A stretch of 32,000 nt of DNA from contig NZ_CP195536.1 of NCBI RefSeq assembly GCF_051307035.1, forward strand, positions 1,440,001 through 1,472,000. The letters are read 5' to 3'. The translations under genes were made by a program, and so were the position numbers. Numbering within the stretch: the first letter of the stretch is position 1; the number at the start of each line of letters is the position of its first letter. Source of the stretch: Psychrobacter sp. DM4 (GTDB taxonomy: Bacteria > Pseudomonadota > Gammaproteobacteria > Pseudomonadales > Moraxellaceae). Below, in pieces: positions 1 through 9,537 of this stretch. The notes under the pieces are model-generated. The model saw only the letters and a list, made by a program, of their open reading frames with translations, was not told the DNA's origin and ran no database searches.

Positions 1-2104
1 AATCCTCGCTTGGTAGTCCCATTGTATCGAGATACTCGCCCGCAGCCGATGCGCCCATAATCGCATTGGACGGTGACATATGATCGGTGGTGATATTATC
101 GCCAAGCACTGCGAGTGGACGTAAGCCTTTGAGCTTATTCATTGCGGCCATTTTACCTTCCCAATACGGCGGACGGCGGATATAAGTACTCATCTCACGC
201 CAGTCATATTGTGGATCAATAACGGAGGCTTCGTTGCGACCCGCATCGGCTTTGGCCTCATCAAACATTGGAATATAAACTTCGTTAAATTGCTCAGGTT
301 TAACGGACGCTTTTACGATTGCATCGACCTCGCTATCATCGAACCAGATATCTTTTAGATAAACGTCGTGACCGTTTTGATCTTTGCCAAGCGAGTCTTT
401 TTCGATATCGAAACGGGTGTTACCTGCGATAGCGTAAGCGACAACCAGTGGCGGTGAGGCAAGAAACGCTTGCTTGGCGTGAGGATGGATACGACCATCA
501 AAGTTACGATTGCCTGAGAGTACCGCGGTGCTAAATAGATCGCGCTCAATAATTTCTTTTTCGATTTCTGGATCAAGTGCGCCGCTCATACCATTACAGG
601 TTGTACAAGCAAAGGCGACAACGTCAAAGCCCAATTTTTGTAGTTCAGGCAGTAGTCCTGCTTCTTCTAAGTACAGCTTAACGGTTTTTGAACCCGGCGC
701 GAGCGAGGATTTTACCCAAGGCTTACGCACAAGGCCTTTTGCGACCGCATTACGAGCAACGATACCAGCGGCGACCATGTTGCGCGGGTTTGAGGTATTG
801 GTACAGCTCGTAATCGCAGCAATAATGACCGCACCATCTGGCATTAAACCATCTTTTGGTTCAGGTAATTTATCACCTTCGCCATGGGCGATACCTTCAG
901 TGACCAGATCAGTCGTTGATACGCGAGCATGCGGACGTGATGGGCCTGCGATATTACGCACGACTTTTGATAAGTCAAAACGCAATATGCGGTCGTATTC
1001 AGCATCAACCATGCCATCTGCCCAAAGCCCTGTTTGCTTGGCATAAGATTCAACGGTTTTGATCTGTTGTTCAGTACGACCAGTCAAACGTAGATAGTCA
1101 ATCGTTTGCTCATCAATGGAGAACATCGCGGCGGTCGCACCATATTCTGGGGTCATATTTGAGATAGACGCACGGTCACCGACGGTGAGATTGCGCGCGC
1201 CGTCGCCATAAAACTCTAAATAAGAGGACACAACGCCTTCATCACGTAAGAACTCAGTCATTGCCAATACTAAATCCGTACCGGTGATACCTTCTTGTAA
1301 TCTACCTGTTAGCTCAACGCCAATGATGTCCGGCAGACGCATATAGGACGGATTACCGAGCATCACGCTCTCAGCTTCTAAGCCGCCAACACCGATTGAA
1401 ATAACACCGAGCGCATCAACCATCGGCGTATGGCTGTCAGTTCCGACTAAAGTATCAGGAAAGGCAATCGCATCGCCGTCTTGATCAGCAACCACTTGTA
1501 CGACCGGCGACATTTTCTCTAAGTTAATTTGATGCATAATGCCATTACCGGGCGGTACGACATTGACGTTATCAAAGGCATACTGACACCAATTGATAAA
1601 GTGAAAACGATCTTCGTTACGGCGCTCTTCAATAGCACGGTTTTTCTCAAAGGCGTTCTCTTCAAAGCCTGCATGCTCGACGGCTAAAGAGTGATCGACG
1701 ATCAATTGCGTGGGTACGATGGGGTTTACTTTAGACGGATCGCCGCCTTCTGCTGCGATTGCATCACGAAGGCCTGCCAAATCAACAAAGGCCGTTTGAC
1801 CCAAGATATCATGACAGACAACGCGCGCAGGATACCATGGAAAGTCGATATCTTGCTTACGATAGATATGCTGTGACAAGGCTTCGGTCAAGTCCTCTGG
1901 CGGGCAGCGGCGTACTAAGTTCTCACACAGTACCTTTGAGCTAAACGATAGCTTGGCATAAGCGCCAGGCTCGATATCATTGATCGCTTGCTCTACATCG
2001 AAATAATGCAAATCGGTATTGGGTAGAGGCTTTTTAAATTGCGCGTTCATGGTTTGCGGATTAACTTGCGTTAAGGGCTGCTTATTGTCAGTGCTCGTTG
2101 GCAT
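1..2104 (-). CDS. acnD: Aconitase-family Fe/S 2-methylcitrate dehydratase (AcnD-type), partial; the C-terminal end runs off the left edge
   Basis: Absent from the ORF track because the frame stays open to position 1. Manual translation from ATG at 2104-2102 gives MPTSTDNKQPLTQVNPQTMNAQFKKPLPNTDLHYFDVEQAINDIEPGAYAKLSFSSKVLCENLVRRC...ARVVCHDILGQTAFVDLAGLRDAIAAEGGDP...NWCQYAFDNVNVVPPGNGIMHQINLEKMSPVV, a typical aconitase N-terminus. The same frame is still open at the left edge (..MGASAAGEYLDTMGLPSED). AAGGAA Shine-Dalgarno about 10 nt upstream. Its position directly after prpB-prpC favours AcnD over housekeeping AcnA. Confidence 0.85.
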   Translation of the reverse strand, partial: MPTSTDNKQPLTQVNPQTMNAQFKKPLPNTDLHYFDVEQAINDIEPGAYAKLSFSSKVLCENLVRRCPPEDLTEALSQHIYRKQDIDFPWYPARVVCHDILGQTAFVDLAGLRDAIAAEGGDPSKVNPIVPTQLIVDHSLAVEHAGFEENAFEKNRAIEERRNEDRFHFINWCQYAFDNVNVVPPGNGIMHQINLEKMSPVVQVVADQDGDAIAFPDTLVGTDSHTPMVDALGVISIGVGGLEAESVMLGNPSYMRLPDIIGVELTGRLQEGITGTDLVLAMTEFLRDEGVVSSYLEFYGDGARNLTVGDRASISNMTPEYGATAAMFSIDEQTIDYLRLTGRTEQQIKTVESYAKQTGLWADGMVDAEYDRILRFDLSKVVRNIAGPSRPHARVSTTDLVTEGIAHGEGDKLPEPKDGLMPDGAVIIAAITSCTNTSNPRNMVAAGIVARNAVAKGLVRKPWVKSSLAPGSKTVKLYLEEAGLLPELQKLGFDVVAFACTTCNGMSGALDPEIEKEIIERDLFSTAVLSGNRNFDGRIHPHAKQAFLASPPLVVAYAIAGNTRFDIEKDSLGKDQNGHDVYLKDIWFDDSEVDAIVKASVKPEQFNEVYIPMFDEAKADAGRNEASVIDPQYDWREMSTYIRRPPYWEGKMAAMNKLKGLRPLAVLGDNITTDHMSPSNAIMGASAAGEYLDTMGLPSED

Positions 2105-2137
2105 GGCGTGCGTTCCTTTGTAAGTGAATTAAAATAA

Positions 2138-2183
2138 TTTATTGAGCAAAATTTATTAGCGTGAATAGACTTTGCTCAATAAA
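2138..2183 (-). terminator. AT-rich 13-bp perfect inverted repeat with a U-rich tail; possible partial terminator or attenuator inside the prp operon
   Basis: TTTATTGAGCAAA (2138-2150) and TTTGCTCAATAAA (2171-2183) are exact reverse complements separated by a 20-nt loop. On the minus strand the stem is followed by TTATTTTAATT. It lies in the 162-nt prpC-acnD spacer. Confidence 0.3.
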
Positions 2184-2206
2184 TAATAAGAATAATCAAA
2201 ATAGTA

Positions 2207-2231
2207 TGTAGGATGCGTCCAGCACACCCTA
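2207..2231. repeat. REP-like imperfect hairpin (GTAGGATGCG-TCCAG-CACACCCTAC)
   Basis: Terminal GTAGG/CCTAC arms pair at 8 of 10 positions around a 5-nt loop. The left arm resembles the GTAGGGTGCG unit at 22535. Confidence 0.4.
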
Positions 2232-2266
2232 CAATCTTTCACATCAAACATTGATATTTAGAACGA

Positions 2267-3394
2267 TTAACGAGCGCTCATATCAGGCACGTCTCTTGGC
2301 TCTTCACCGATGTACTCTGCGCTTGGACGTATAATACGGTTGTTACCGCGTTGCTCAAAGACGTGAGCGGCCCAGCCTGTCAGACGTGAGCACACAAATA
2401 TCGGTGTAAACAGCTTGGTTGGGATACCCATAAAGTTATAGGTTGAGGCATGGAAAAAGTCAGCATTACAGAACAGTTTTTTCTCGCGCCACATTACCTC
2501 TTCACAGCGTACTGATACCGGATAGAGCACCGTATCTCCAACATCTTCAGCGAGTTTTTCAGCCCACTTTTTGATAATGACGTTACGCGGATCAGACTCG
2601 CTATAAATCGCATGACCAAAGCCCATGATCTTGTCTTTGCGCGCCAGCATACCCATCATCTCCTCTTCAGCCTCATCAGGCGATTTGAAGCCTTCAATCA
2701 TATCCATCGCCGCCTCATTTGCGCCGCCGTGCAAGTTGCCACGTAGCGAGCCGATAGCACCTGTAATACAAGAGTGAATATCAGAGAGGGTAGAGGCACA
2801 AACGCGTGCGGTAAAGGTTGAGGCATTAAACTCATGCTCAGCATAAAGAATCAATGACACATTCATCACCTTAGTATGTAGCTCGTTTGGCTTCTCGCCT
2901 TTTAGCAGATGCAAAAAGTGACCGCCAATCGTGTCATCGTCTGTTTCGGTTTCGATGCGCACGTTATCATGCGTGAAGCGATACCAGTAGTTGATGATGG
3001 ATGGGAATACCGCGAGCATGCGATCGGTCTTGTCGTTCTCTTGGTCAAAGTCGGTTTCGGTCTCAAGATTACCGAGCATAGAGCAACCGGTACGCAAGAC
3101 ATCCATAGGATGCGCCGTCGCTGGAATACGCTCTAATACGTCTTTTAGCGCTTGTGGTAATCCGCGTAGTGTTTTGAGTTTGGCTTGATACTCATCAAGT
3201 TCGCTTTGAGTGGGCAGATTGCCATAAAGTAGCAAATAGGCCACTTCTTCAAAGATACATTTTTCTGCCAAGTCTGAGACATCATAACCGCGATAGGTTA
3301 GACCTGAGCCTGATTTACCAACAGTAGATAATGAGGTCTTGCCTGCGACTTGACCGCGCAATCCTGCGCCTGATAGTTCCTTCTGTGCTGCCAT
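2267..3394 (-). CDS. prpC: 2-methylcitrate synthase (citrate synthase family)
   Basis: The track ORF 2267-3457 translates to a citrate-synthase-family protein (..GLRGQVAGKTSLSTVGKSGSGLTYRGYDVSDLA..HAEHEFNASTF..GPLHGGANE-like LRGNLHGGANEAA..). I prefer the internal ATG at 3394, giving 375 aa starting MAAQKELSG, because AAGGAA lies 8 nt upstream. It is flanked by prpB and acnD. Confidence 0.9.
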   Translation of the reverse strand: MAAQKELSGAGLRGQVAGKTSLSTVGKSGSGLTYRGYDVSDLAEKCIFEEVAYLLLYGNLPTQSELDEYQAKLKTLRGLPQALKDVLERIPATAHPMDVLRTGCSMLGNLETETDFDQENDKTDRMLAVFPSIINYWYRFTHDNVRIETETDDDTIGGHFLHLLKGEKPNELHTKVMNVSLILYAEHEFNASTFTARVCASTLSDIHSCITGAIGSLRGNLHGGANEAAMDMIEGFKSPDEAEEEMMGMLARKDKIMGFGHAIYSESDPRNVIIKKWAEKLAEDVGDTVLYPVSVRCEEVMWREKKLFCNADFFHASTYNFMGIPTKLFTPIFVCSRLTGWAAHVFEQRGNNRIIRPSAEYIGEEPRDVPDMSAR

Positions 3395-3487
3395 AATACA
3401 TTCCTTTTTGGTGGCTTTTTGGGTGGTACGGTTTTTATAGTACAGTGAAATTTTCACGCTTTACTGACTTACAAACAGTGAATCGCT

Positions 3488-4378
3488 TTACTTGTTGTCC
3501 GCAAATAATTTATCCAGCGTTTGCTCAAACTCATGATAATTCAAAAAGTCATAGAGCTCCATACGGGTTTGCATGGTATCGACGACTTCTTCTTGCGTGC
3601 CGTCATCTAATAGATGCTGATAGACATTGAGTGCAGCTTTATTCATCGCACGGAACGCTGATAGTGGGTAGAGCACCATATCGACGCCAACACCATGCAA
3701 TTGCTCAGTGGTATATAGATCAGTCTGACCGAACTCCGTCATATTGGCAAGGACGGGGATATCGAGCACATCGGTAAATTTACGATACATCTCGATATCG
3801 GTCAAGGCTTCAGCGAATATCATGTCAGCGCCTGCATCAGAGAAGGCCACTGCTCGTTCAACGGCAGCGTCTAAACCTTCGACAGATAGCGCATCAGTAC
3901 GCGCCATAACGACAAAATCAGGGTCAGTTTTGGCATCCAGTGCCGCTTTTAAGCGATCGACCATCTCTGAGATGCTGACAATTTCTTTATTAGGGCGATG
4001 ACCACAGCGCTTTTGAGCGATTTGATCTTCGATATGTACTGCCGCCACGCCTGCTTTTTCCATCTTCTTAACACTTTGGCTAATGTTAAAGGCGCCGCCC
4101 CAACCGGTATCAATATCGACGAGCAATGGCGTATCAACGGCATCAGTGATACGGCGCGCGTCTTCTAATACATTGTCGAGACTCGTCATACCCAAATCTG
4201 GCAGGCCAAATGAGGCATTGGCAACGCCGCCACCAGAGAGGTACAAAGCTTTATGACCGACTTGTGTGGCCATCATCGCAGTATAAGCGTTGATAGTACC
4301 GACGATCTGTAGCGGTAGATTATTATCGTTCTGCGCTTTCATAGCACTGCGAAAGCGTGCGCCAGCTGATGAAGTCAT
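3488..4378 (-). CDS. prpB: 2-methylisocitrate lyase
   Basis: 296 aa with isocitrate lyase/PEP mutase family signatures (..[38 protein letters not shown]..). First gene of the prpB-prpC-acnD string. Confidence 0.92.
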   Translation of the reverse strand: MTSSAGARFRSAMKAQNDNNLPLQIVGTINAYTAMMATQVGHKALYLSGGGVANASFGLPDLGMTSLDNVLEDARRITDAVDTPLLVDIDTGWGGAFNISQSVKKMEKAGVAAVHIEDQIAQKRCGHRPNKEIVSISEMVDRLKAALDAKTDPDFVVMARTDALSVEGLDAAVERAVAFSDAGADMIFAEALTDIEMYRKFTDVLDIPVLANMTEFGQTDLYTTEQLHGVGVDMVLYPLSAFRAMNKAALNVYQHLLDDGTQEEVVDTMQTRMELYDFLNYHEFEQTLDKLFADNK

Positions 4379-4741
4379 GATGATGTCCTTACGTAGAGAG
4401 GTTAGCTGATTGTCTTTTATACTTTGATTTTAGTGTTAGACGCTAAAATGCTTTAATGGTTTTTGACTTAGAGTACATCTAATCACTAACATTGCATAGC
4501 GTACAAAACCTATGGTTATTAATATAAAATTAATTGTATGTTAACTAAAAACTAAATTATTTATAATATGAATAACTACATGTCTAAATCAACATCATAC
4601 GTTATCTTCTATGTATATTAGCCTATAAATTTTTTTCTAAAATAGAATGTATTTTACATTTAGTTACATATGAATATAATTTTAAGATAAGTAGCTTATA
4701 GCTCACTGTTGGCGCATACAGTAGTTGAAAGTCATATTACA

Positions 4742-4776
4742 AAAATGCCTTTTTAGCTTAGCTAAAAAGGCATTTT
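4742..4776 (-). terminator. Rho-independent terminator-like hairpin downstream of the NRAMP-like gene
   Basis: Perfect 16-bp stem AAAATGCCTTTTTAGC / GCTAAAAAGGCATTTT with a 3-nt loop, 32 nt after the stop at 4808. Confidence 0.6.
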
Positions 4777-4807
4777 GAAATTAGTGAGTATGTTCTCTAG
4801 TCCTTAT

Positions 4808-6079
4808 TTACCCAAATAGTCTCGCTAAGTTCGCTAAGAACAACAGTGTAAAACCCCCTAAAAATAGTAGCCCAGCGATGGAATAGGCGTTCATACCAGC
4901 AGACATTTGTTTGTGGACTTTTACCAAAGAGTAATTCAGCCAACCAAAGATTGGCGCTGAGACAAAGGCTGATATCATAGCAAATTTAAGCATAGCGCCG
5001 AGTTGTCCGGTGAAGAAGGTAATGATAACCAGACCGCCTCCGATAGCGTAAGTCGTCCAAAAGGCAATTTGCTTTTTATTGATCTCATTCTCACCTTTGA
5101 GCAAGCGCCAACATTCAGCATTGGCGCGACCGTAGCCATCTGCGCAAGTGATTGTGGTGCCAAACATGCACATAAAGGCTATGAAGGCGACCAGTAAGCG
5201 CGACCATTCACCGATAGTGGCAGTATACATATTGATGAGCTGATTGATATAAGCGCCGCCTACCAGCTCAATCTCTTGCCCTGAGCCATACTGAACAAAC
5301 ACGCCAAGCGATAAAAAGAATAGCGCTAAGACAGCAGAAACTAAGAACCCAACATTGAAATCAAGCAAGCCTTGGCGATAAGTGGTGTTATCCGCTTTTC
5401 TTTTAGCGGACGTCCACATCGAGGTGATCGCTGCGAACTCAAGGGGCGCAGGCATCCATCCCATGAGCGCCACGATAAAACCCAAAGTTGCCAGATTCCA
5501 AGGGGAGGCGACTACAAAATCAGCAGTCATCACCGCAGGCTTACCAGCAGCAATGACAACAGCAGCGACCGTCGCTGTCGTTAGGGCAATCATAATCCAT
5601 TTGGTCACCCCGTCTAATAACTTGTAGTGACCTGCAAGCAAAAACACCCAGCAGACGACAACGATAATGAGCGATAGCGCTATGGTTGAAAGACCCAAAG
5701 AGGCGGGCAGCATAAAGCCTAATATGACTGCTGCGATCAAGGACACAGCGCCCGTACTGATCACCGCAGACAAGATTGAGAGGATGAAGTACACCCATAG
5801 ATAGGCTTTTGAGCGTTTGGCATAGCCTGCGATTAGACTCTCGCCCGTGTCATAAACGTATTCGGTAGCAAAACGAAAAAAGGGATATTTGAAAACATTG
5901 GCAAGAATAATCATAATCGCCAATTGCCAGCCGTATATCGCGCCTGCCTGCGTAGAGGAAATTAGATGTGAGCCACCAATAGCAGCGGTCGCCATCAAAA
6001 TACCTGGGCCAAAAATTCGCCAGCTAAACCCTTTTTCTTGTAGTGGGTTTGCCGTATTGTTCATAGATTGTGTGCTCAT
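4808..6079 (-). CDS. NRAMP-family-like divalent metal cation transporter (polytopic membrane protein)
   Basis: 423 aa and strongly hydrophobic with about 11 predicted TM segments. The N-terminal FGPGILMATAAIGGSHLISSTQAGAIYGWQL resembles the NRAMP GPG...G signature. The family call is from pattern recognition only. Confidence 0.6.
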   Translation of the reverse strand: MSTQSMNNTANPLQEKGFSWRIFGPGILMATAAIGGSHLISSTQAGAIYGWQLAIMIILANVFKYPFFRFATEYVYDTGESLIAGYAKRSKAYLWVYFILSILSAVISTGAVSLIAAVILGFMLPASLGLSTIALSLIIVVVCWVFLLAGHYKLLDGVTKWIMIALTTATVAAVVIAAGKPAVMTADFVVASPWNLATLGFIVALMGWMPAPLEFAAITSMWTSAKRKADNTTYRQGLLDFNVGFLVSAVLALFFLSLGVFVQYGSGQEIELVGGAYINQLINMYTATIGEWSRLLVAFIAFMCMFGTTITCADGYGRANAECWRLLKGENEINKKQIAFWTTYAIGGGLVIITFFTGQLGAMLKFAMISAFVSAPIFGWLNYSLVKVHKQMSAGMNAYSIAGLLFLGGFTLLFLANLARLFG

Positions 6080-6229
6080 AATTGTCTCAAAATCATTATA
6101 AGTGTTTTCAAATATCAGCCGACTTTATCATATATACCAAGAGGCAATCTATGCAAAATTCTGCTTACTAAGTAAACCTCTGCGCACAGCTACTATCATC
6201 TAATTTAGTCAGCTATTTGGGTATCTAAT

Positions 6230-7216
6230 TTACACAAACTGTTGACGACGATAAGTGATACCGCGCTGCTCATAGACCTCATAAATAGCATTAAGAAAAT
6301 CAGGCACTTTTGGATGGACAACATCTTTGAGGGTATGTAAATAGATAGGAGAGGTGACGTTTTCGTGAATAAGCCGCTGATAACTTATTTGTTCAGCGCG
6401 TACCGTTTGTAAGCTTGCGGGCACCAGCGTAATGCCTTCACCAGCAGCAACTAAGCTTAGCGCCACCTGCAAGTCGCTTACCTTTGTTGTCATTAGCGGC
6501 GTGATACCATACTGCGCAAATAGATGAAGCAGCGGCTCAGTGATGGCGTTTTCGATAATGGGCGTTGCATTAATTGGCACTGCGCTTGGCGTTGCATCTG
6601 TCATTACAGAGATAGCAGGCGGCAAATGAGTTTGATGATAGAGGATCAAGCGATTATTCACCAAGTCTATTAAGCGCTGATCACGAGTATGAGCTAAGGG
6701 GTGGGTCTTGGGTAGCGCAACCATATAGCGCTCATGGCGTAGCAGGATCTGCTGAATCCAAGGGTCGCGATGCGCAAAACGTCCAAGTCCAACATCGATA
6801 TCACCGCTCTTTAGTGCCTCGATTTGTTGATAGGAGCTAATGTCTTTGAGATTGACCTCGATGTCAGGACGACGGCGCTTGAGCGCGGCGATAATCTCAG
6901 GCAGCAGCCCATATAACACTGATGGCACAAAACCGATAGTGAGCGCCGTACTTGGGTTAGATAGACGCTGGGTCATGCTAGTGACGGTCGCAAGCTCTGT
7001 TAGCACCGCACTGATTTTGTCATAAAAAAACTGCCCAGACTCGGTCAGTTGTAGGGGTCGATGATACCGATCAATCAGCTCGACACCTATGTCTGTCTCT
7101 AGCTGCTTTAGCATACGACTAAGACTAGGCTGAGAGATACCCGTGCTCCTCGCCGCCAAGCTAAAGCTTTGACAATCGGCAATAGCGATGAAAACGTTCA
7201 GCTGTTTGATGTCCAT
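6230..7216 (-). CDS. LysR-family transcriptional regulator
   Basis: N-terminal MDIKQLNVFIAIADCQSFSLAARSTGISQPSLSRMLKQLETDIGVELIDR is a canonical LysR winged-HTH. 328 aa with a LysR substrate-binding-type C-terminal region. Confidence 0.9.
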   Translation of the reverse strand: MDIKQLNVFIAIADCQSFSLAARSTGISQPSLSRMLKQLETDIGVELIDRYHRPLQLTESGQFFYDKISAVLTELATVTSMTQRLSNPSTALTIGFVPSVLYGLLPEIIAALKRRRPDIEVNLKDISSYQQIEALKSGDIDVGLGRFAHRDPWIQQILLRHERYMVALPKTHPLAHTRDQRLIDLVNNRLILYHQTHLPPAISVMTDATPSAVPINATPIIENAITEPLLHLFAQYGITPLMTTKVSDLQVALSLVAAGEGITLVPASLQTVRAEQISYQRLIHENVTSPIYLHTLKDVVHPKVPDFLNAIYEVYEQRGITYRRQQFV

Positions 7217-7404
7217 AAATAGTACTCTTAGAGTCTTACGTTGAACGACACAAGCGACTCCTTTTGCCCTTTATCAAATAAAACAATTAGATAAGACAAG
7301 GTGGAGGTAGAATCAGGCGCTGGCATAGTTATTGCTTATTTCCTAGTGTAAGAGGTGACAAACCATCAGTCGATGATAAGTCTATCTGAATTCTAACAGC
7401 AAAA

Positions 7405-8151
7405 ATGGCATGGTGTGCTATGAGTGACTTAAATAAAAATAAGATGCGTGATCAAGAAGATTTGAGTGATTCTAGCGATATAGAGCCTTACTCTATATAT
7501 GATGGCTTAAGTGCTGAAGAGCTAAGTTTTTTTGCAGATGGCGAGGTGCAAACAGTTGAGGATAATGCGGTAGAGATATCTGCTAAATACGATGATACTC
7601 AGCGATCTGACGATATAGACATTAATGACAGAATATCTGCTCATTTAACTCATAAAACAAGTCACGAGAGCCGCTTAGAAAAAAACAAAAAAACGAACAC
7701 CGATACTAAAAGTTTATTTTTTATTGGTTTAATCGTAGCGCTATTGATCAGTGCTACTGTGGCAGCAGCTATAGTACTCTTGAATATCACTGGAAAGATA
7801 GATTTAATGAGTGTGTTTTCAGGCGATACTAACGTAGAGAACGTCTCACCAGTCTTAGATGATACGACGGCTGTACCTATTAATGATAACTTAGATGCAG
7901 GTTTGGATGCAGATGTTAATAGTGAGCCCCTGCCAGTAACAGATACGGCCACAAACACTAACGAAGCAAATTTGGAGCTTTTGACAACCAAACCTGCTAG
8001 CGCGAACTTAGATAGTGCTATAGATAGTAATAATCAGCAAAGTAATGCTATACCGACACCTAATAATGATGACAGTCAGAACACAGAAATGAGCCTTGAA
8101 GAGTTTATGCAAGAGTCTGATGTCACGTTGTATCGCGATACTTCAGAATAA
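7405..8151 (+). CDS. Hypothetical acidic single-pass membrane protein (low-complexity D/E/N/S/T-rich)
   Basis: 248-aa ORF with one clear TM helix (LFFIGLIVALLISATVAAAIVLLNI) between two very acidic, polar segments. I recognise no family. The start is uncertain (ATG 7405 or ATG 7420) and no convincing SD is present. Confidence 0.5.
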   Translation: MAWCAMSDLNKNKMRDQEDLSDSSDIEPYSIYDGLSAEELSFFADGEVQTVEDNAVEISAKYDDTQRSDDIDINDRISAHLTHKTSHESRLEKNKKTNTDTKSLFFIGLIVALLISATVAAAIVLLNITGKIDLMSVFSGDTNVENVSPVLDDTTAVPINDNLDAGLDADVNSEPLPVTDTATNTNEANLELLTTKPASANLDSAIDSNNQQSNAIPTPNNDDSQNTEMSLEEFMQESDVTLYRDTSE

Positions 8152-8232
8152 GGTCTTATTTTTTATAAAGCATGGCTATCCGTTATTCTGTTGCCCGCTA
8201 ATAAATAATATGCCAGCTGTCATTTAGACAAT

Positions 8233-8268
8233 AAAAAAGCAGATACTGTTTAGAGTACCTGCTTTTTT
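8233..8268. terminator. Bidirectional Rho-independent terminator between convergent genes
   Basis: AAAAAAGCAGATAC-tgtttaga-GTACCTGCTTTTTT. The stem has one mismatch, with an A-run on one side and a T-run on the other. Confidence 0.6.
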
Positions 8269-8316
8269 ACGTGCAAAAACTCACTACTATAAATAGTTGC
8301 TATGATTAAATATTGA

Positions 8317-9444
8317 TTACTGCTGCGGGGTAATTAAATACTTCTCGCCAGTCGCTTGCTTACCATAAGCGGCGATAGACTTTAAGTGTAAAACCTCAGG
8401 TAATGACACTTCATGAGTATAGCTACTAGCAAAGGTGGTCGTGATCTCATCTGCCACGCGCTCACGCATTTTCATAACAGTTTTAGTGCCCAATTTACCG
8501 AGTGCATTGAACAACAAGAAACCGCCAACGCCCCAAGAAAAACCAAAGTTGCGATTAAGGACAATAGGACCTCGGTTTAGTCCGCCATATACATAGACTT
8601 GCTTAAAGGTATTAGAGCCGTACACGCTGTACTCTTCAACGTCGCGTGTGATAGCGGCTTCCATACAGTTAAGGATATCGCTAGTTAGCTGACCGCCGCC
8701 GATAGGATCAAAGGCGATAGTAGCGCCCGTCTCGATAATCGCTGTCGTCAAATCGGTGAGGAATGACTCGCTGCTTGAATTGACCACATATTTTGCGCCC
8801 ATATCACGTAGCAAAGTTTCTTGCTCTTCTTTACGCACGATGTTAATCAGATCAATACCATCAGCCATACAGATACGGTTGAGCATTTGACCAAGGCTTG
8901 AGGCGGCTGCCGCATGTACAATCGCTTTGTGACCTTCAGCGCGCATGGTTTCAGTCATTGCAAGTGCGGTTAGCGGATTAACAAAAGAGGACGCGCCTTC
9001 TTTAGCCGTTGTGCCTTCTTTTAATTCCAAGCAGCTTTGCACATTGACGCAGTGATATTGACGATACGTACCGCCACCGATGACCGCAACGGTTTTACCC
9101 ATTAAGGCTTGCGCCGCCGGTGAGGATCCTGCGGCGACCACAGTGCCAGCGCCTTCATTACCGACAGGCGTATCTTTGCCCACGCGGGTTTTGACGGCTG
9201 GCATGAACTTGGCAGGAACGTCTGCTGTGATAACTGGGTTTTGCTCGTTGCCTGATTGCGCGGCAGTAGACATGTCAGCGACGCTAAACAAAATCGCTAA
9301 ATCAGATGGGTTAAGCGGCGCAGCTTCAATACGTACCACAACTTGGTCGTCATTTGGCTGCGGCATCTCGATATCTTGCAAAGATACGGTAAGTTTGTTG
9401 TCAGCACTGATAGTAGAGATGAGTTGTATGTTTGTATCGCTCAT
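8317..9444 (-). CDS. MDR-superfamily NAD(P)H-dependent oxidoreductase (quinone-oxidoreductase / enoyl-reductase-like)
   Basis: 375 aa with the GroES-like N-terminal pattern (VVVRIEAAPLNPSDL) and a Rossmann segment (HAAAASSLGQML). It lies 93 nt downstream of the GST gene on the same strand, so the two are probably an operon. Confidence 0.75.
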   Translation of the reverse strand: MSDTNIQLISTISADNKLTVSLQDIEMPQPNDDQVVVRIEAAPLNPSDLAILFSVADMSTAAQSGNEQNPVITADVPAKFMPAVKTRVGKDTPVGNEGAGTVVAAGSSPAAQALMGKTVAVIGGGTYRQYHCVNVQSCLELKEGTTAKEGASSFVNPLTALAMTETMRAEGHKAIVHAAAASSLGQMLNRICMADGIDLINIVRKEEQETLLRDMGAKYVVNSSSESFLTDLTTAIIETGATIAFDPIGGGQLTSDILNCMEAAITRDVEEYSVYGSNTFKQVYVYGGLNRGPIVLNRNFGFSWGVGGFLLFNALGKLGTKTVMKMRERVADEITTTFASSYTHEVSLPEVLHLKSIAAYGKQATGEKYLITPQQ

Positions 9445-9537
9445 AAGGTTTGCTCCTGCAAATGGTTAAAGGCATTAGACAAAGTGTCTTTTGTTGATCG
9501 TAAATGGTTCGTTATTCAAATGAGCTATTGTTTGGCT

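Noticed and set aside
355-1944. Track ORFs 355-576(-), 510-1046(+), 844-1053(-), 1691-1876(+) and 1759-1944(+)
   Set aside because: All lie inside, and out of frame with or antisense to, the long open aconitase (acnD) frame, which translates to unmistakable aconitase sequence. They are by-products of a real gene on the other frame or strand.
3404-3426. Short tandem CTTTTTGGTGG / CTTTTTGGGTGG overlapping the prpC ribosome-binding region, and the nearby GTGAAA-T-TTTCAC palindrome (3446-3458)
   Set aside because: These are very short low-complexity elements in an inter-cistronic spacer. They are plausibly chance and no function can be inferred.
3395-3457. 5' extensions of track ORFs: prpC to 3457, the SGNH hydrolase to 17942, the helicase to 25543, the lipoprotein to 12186 and the ATP-grasp fusion to 18094
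   Set aside because: In each case an internal ATG has a better-placed Shine-Dalgarno sequence and gives a protein starting where the family, signal peptide or lipobox normally begins. The extensions add non-homologous residues.
6080-6229. Looked for a metal-sensing riboswitch (for example the Mn yybP-ykoY type) upstream of the NRAMP-like transporter
   Set aside because: The 150-nt leader is AT-rich, with no conserved G-rich helices or extended pairing that I could see. Nothing supports a riboswitch.
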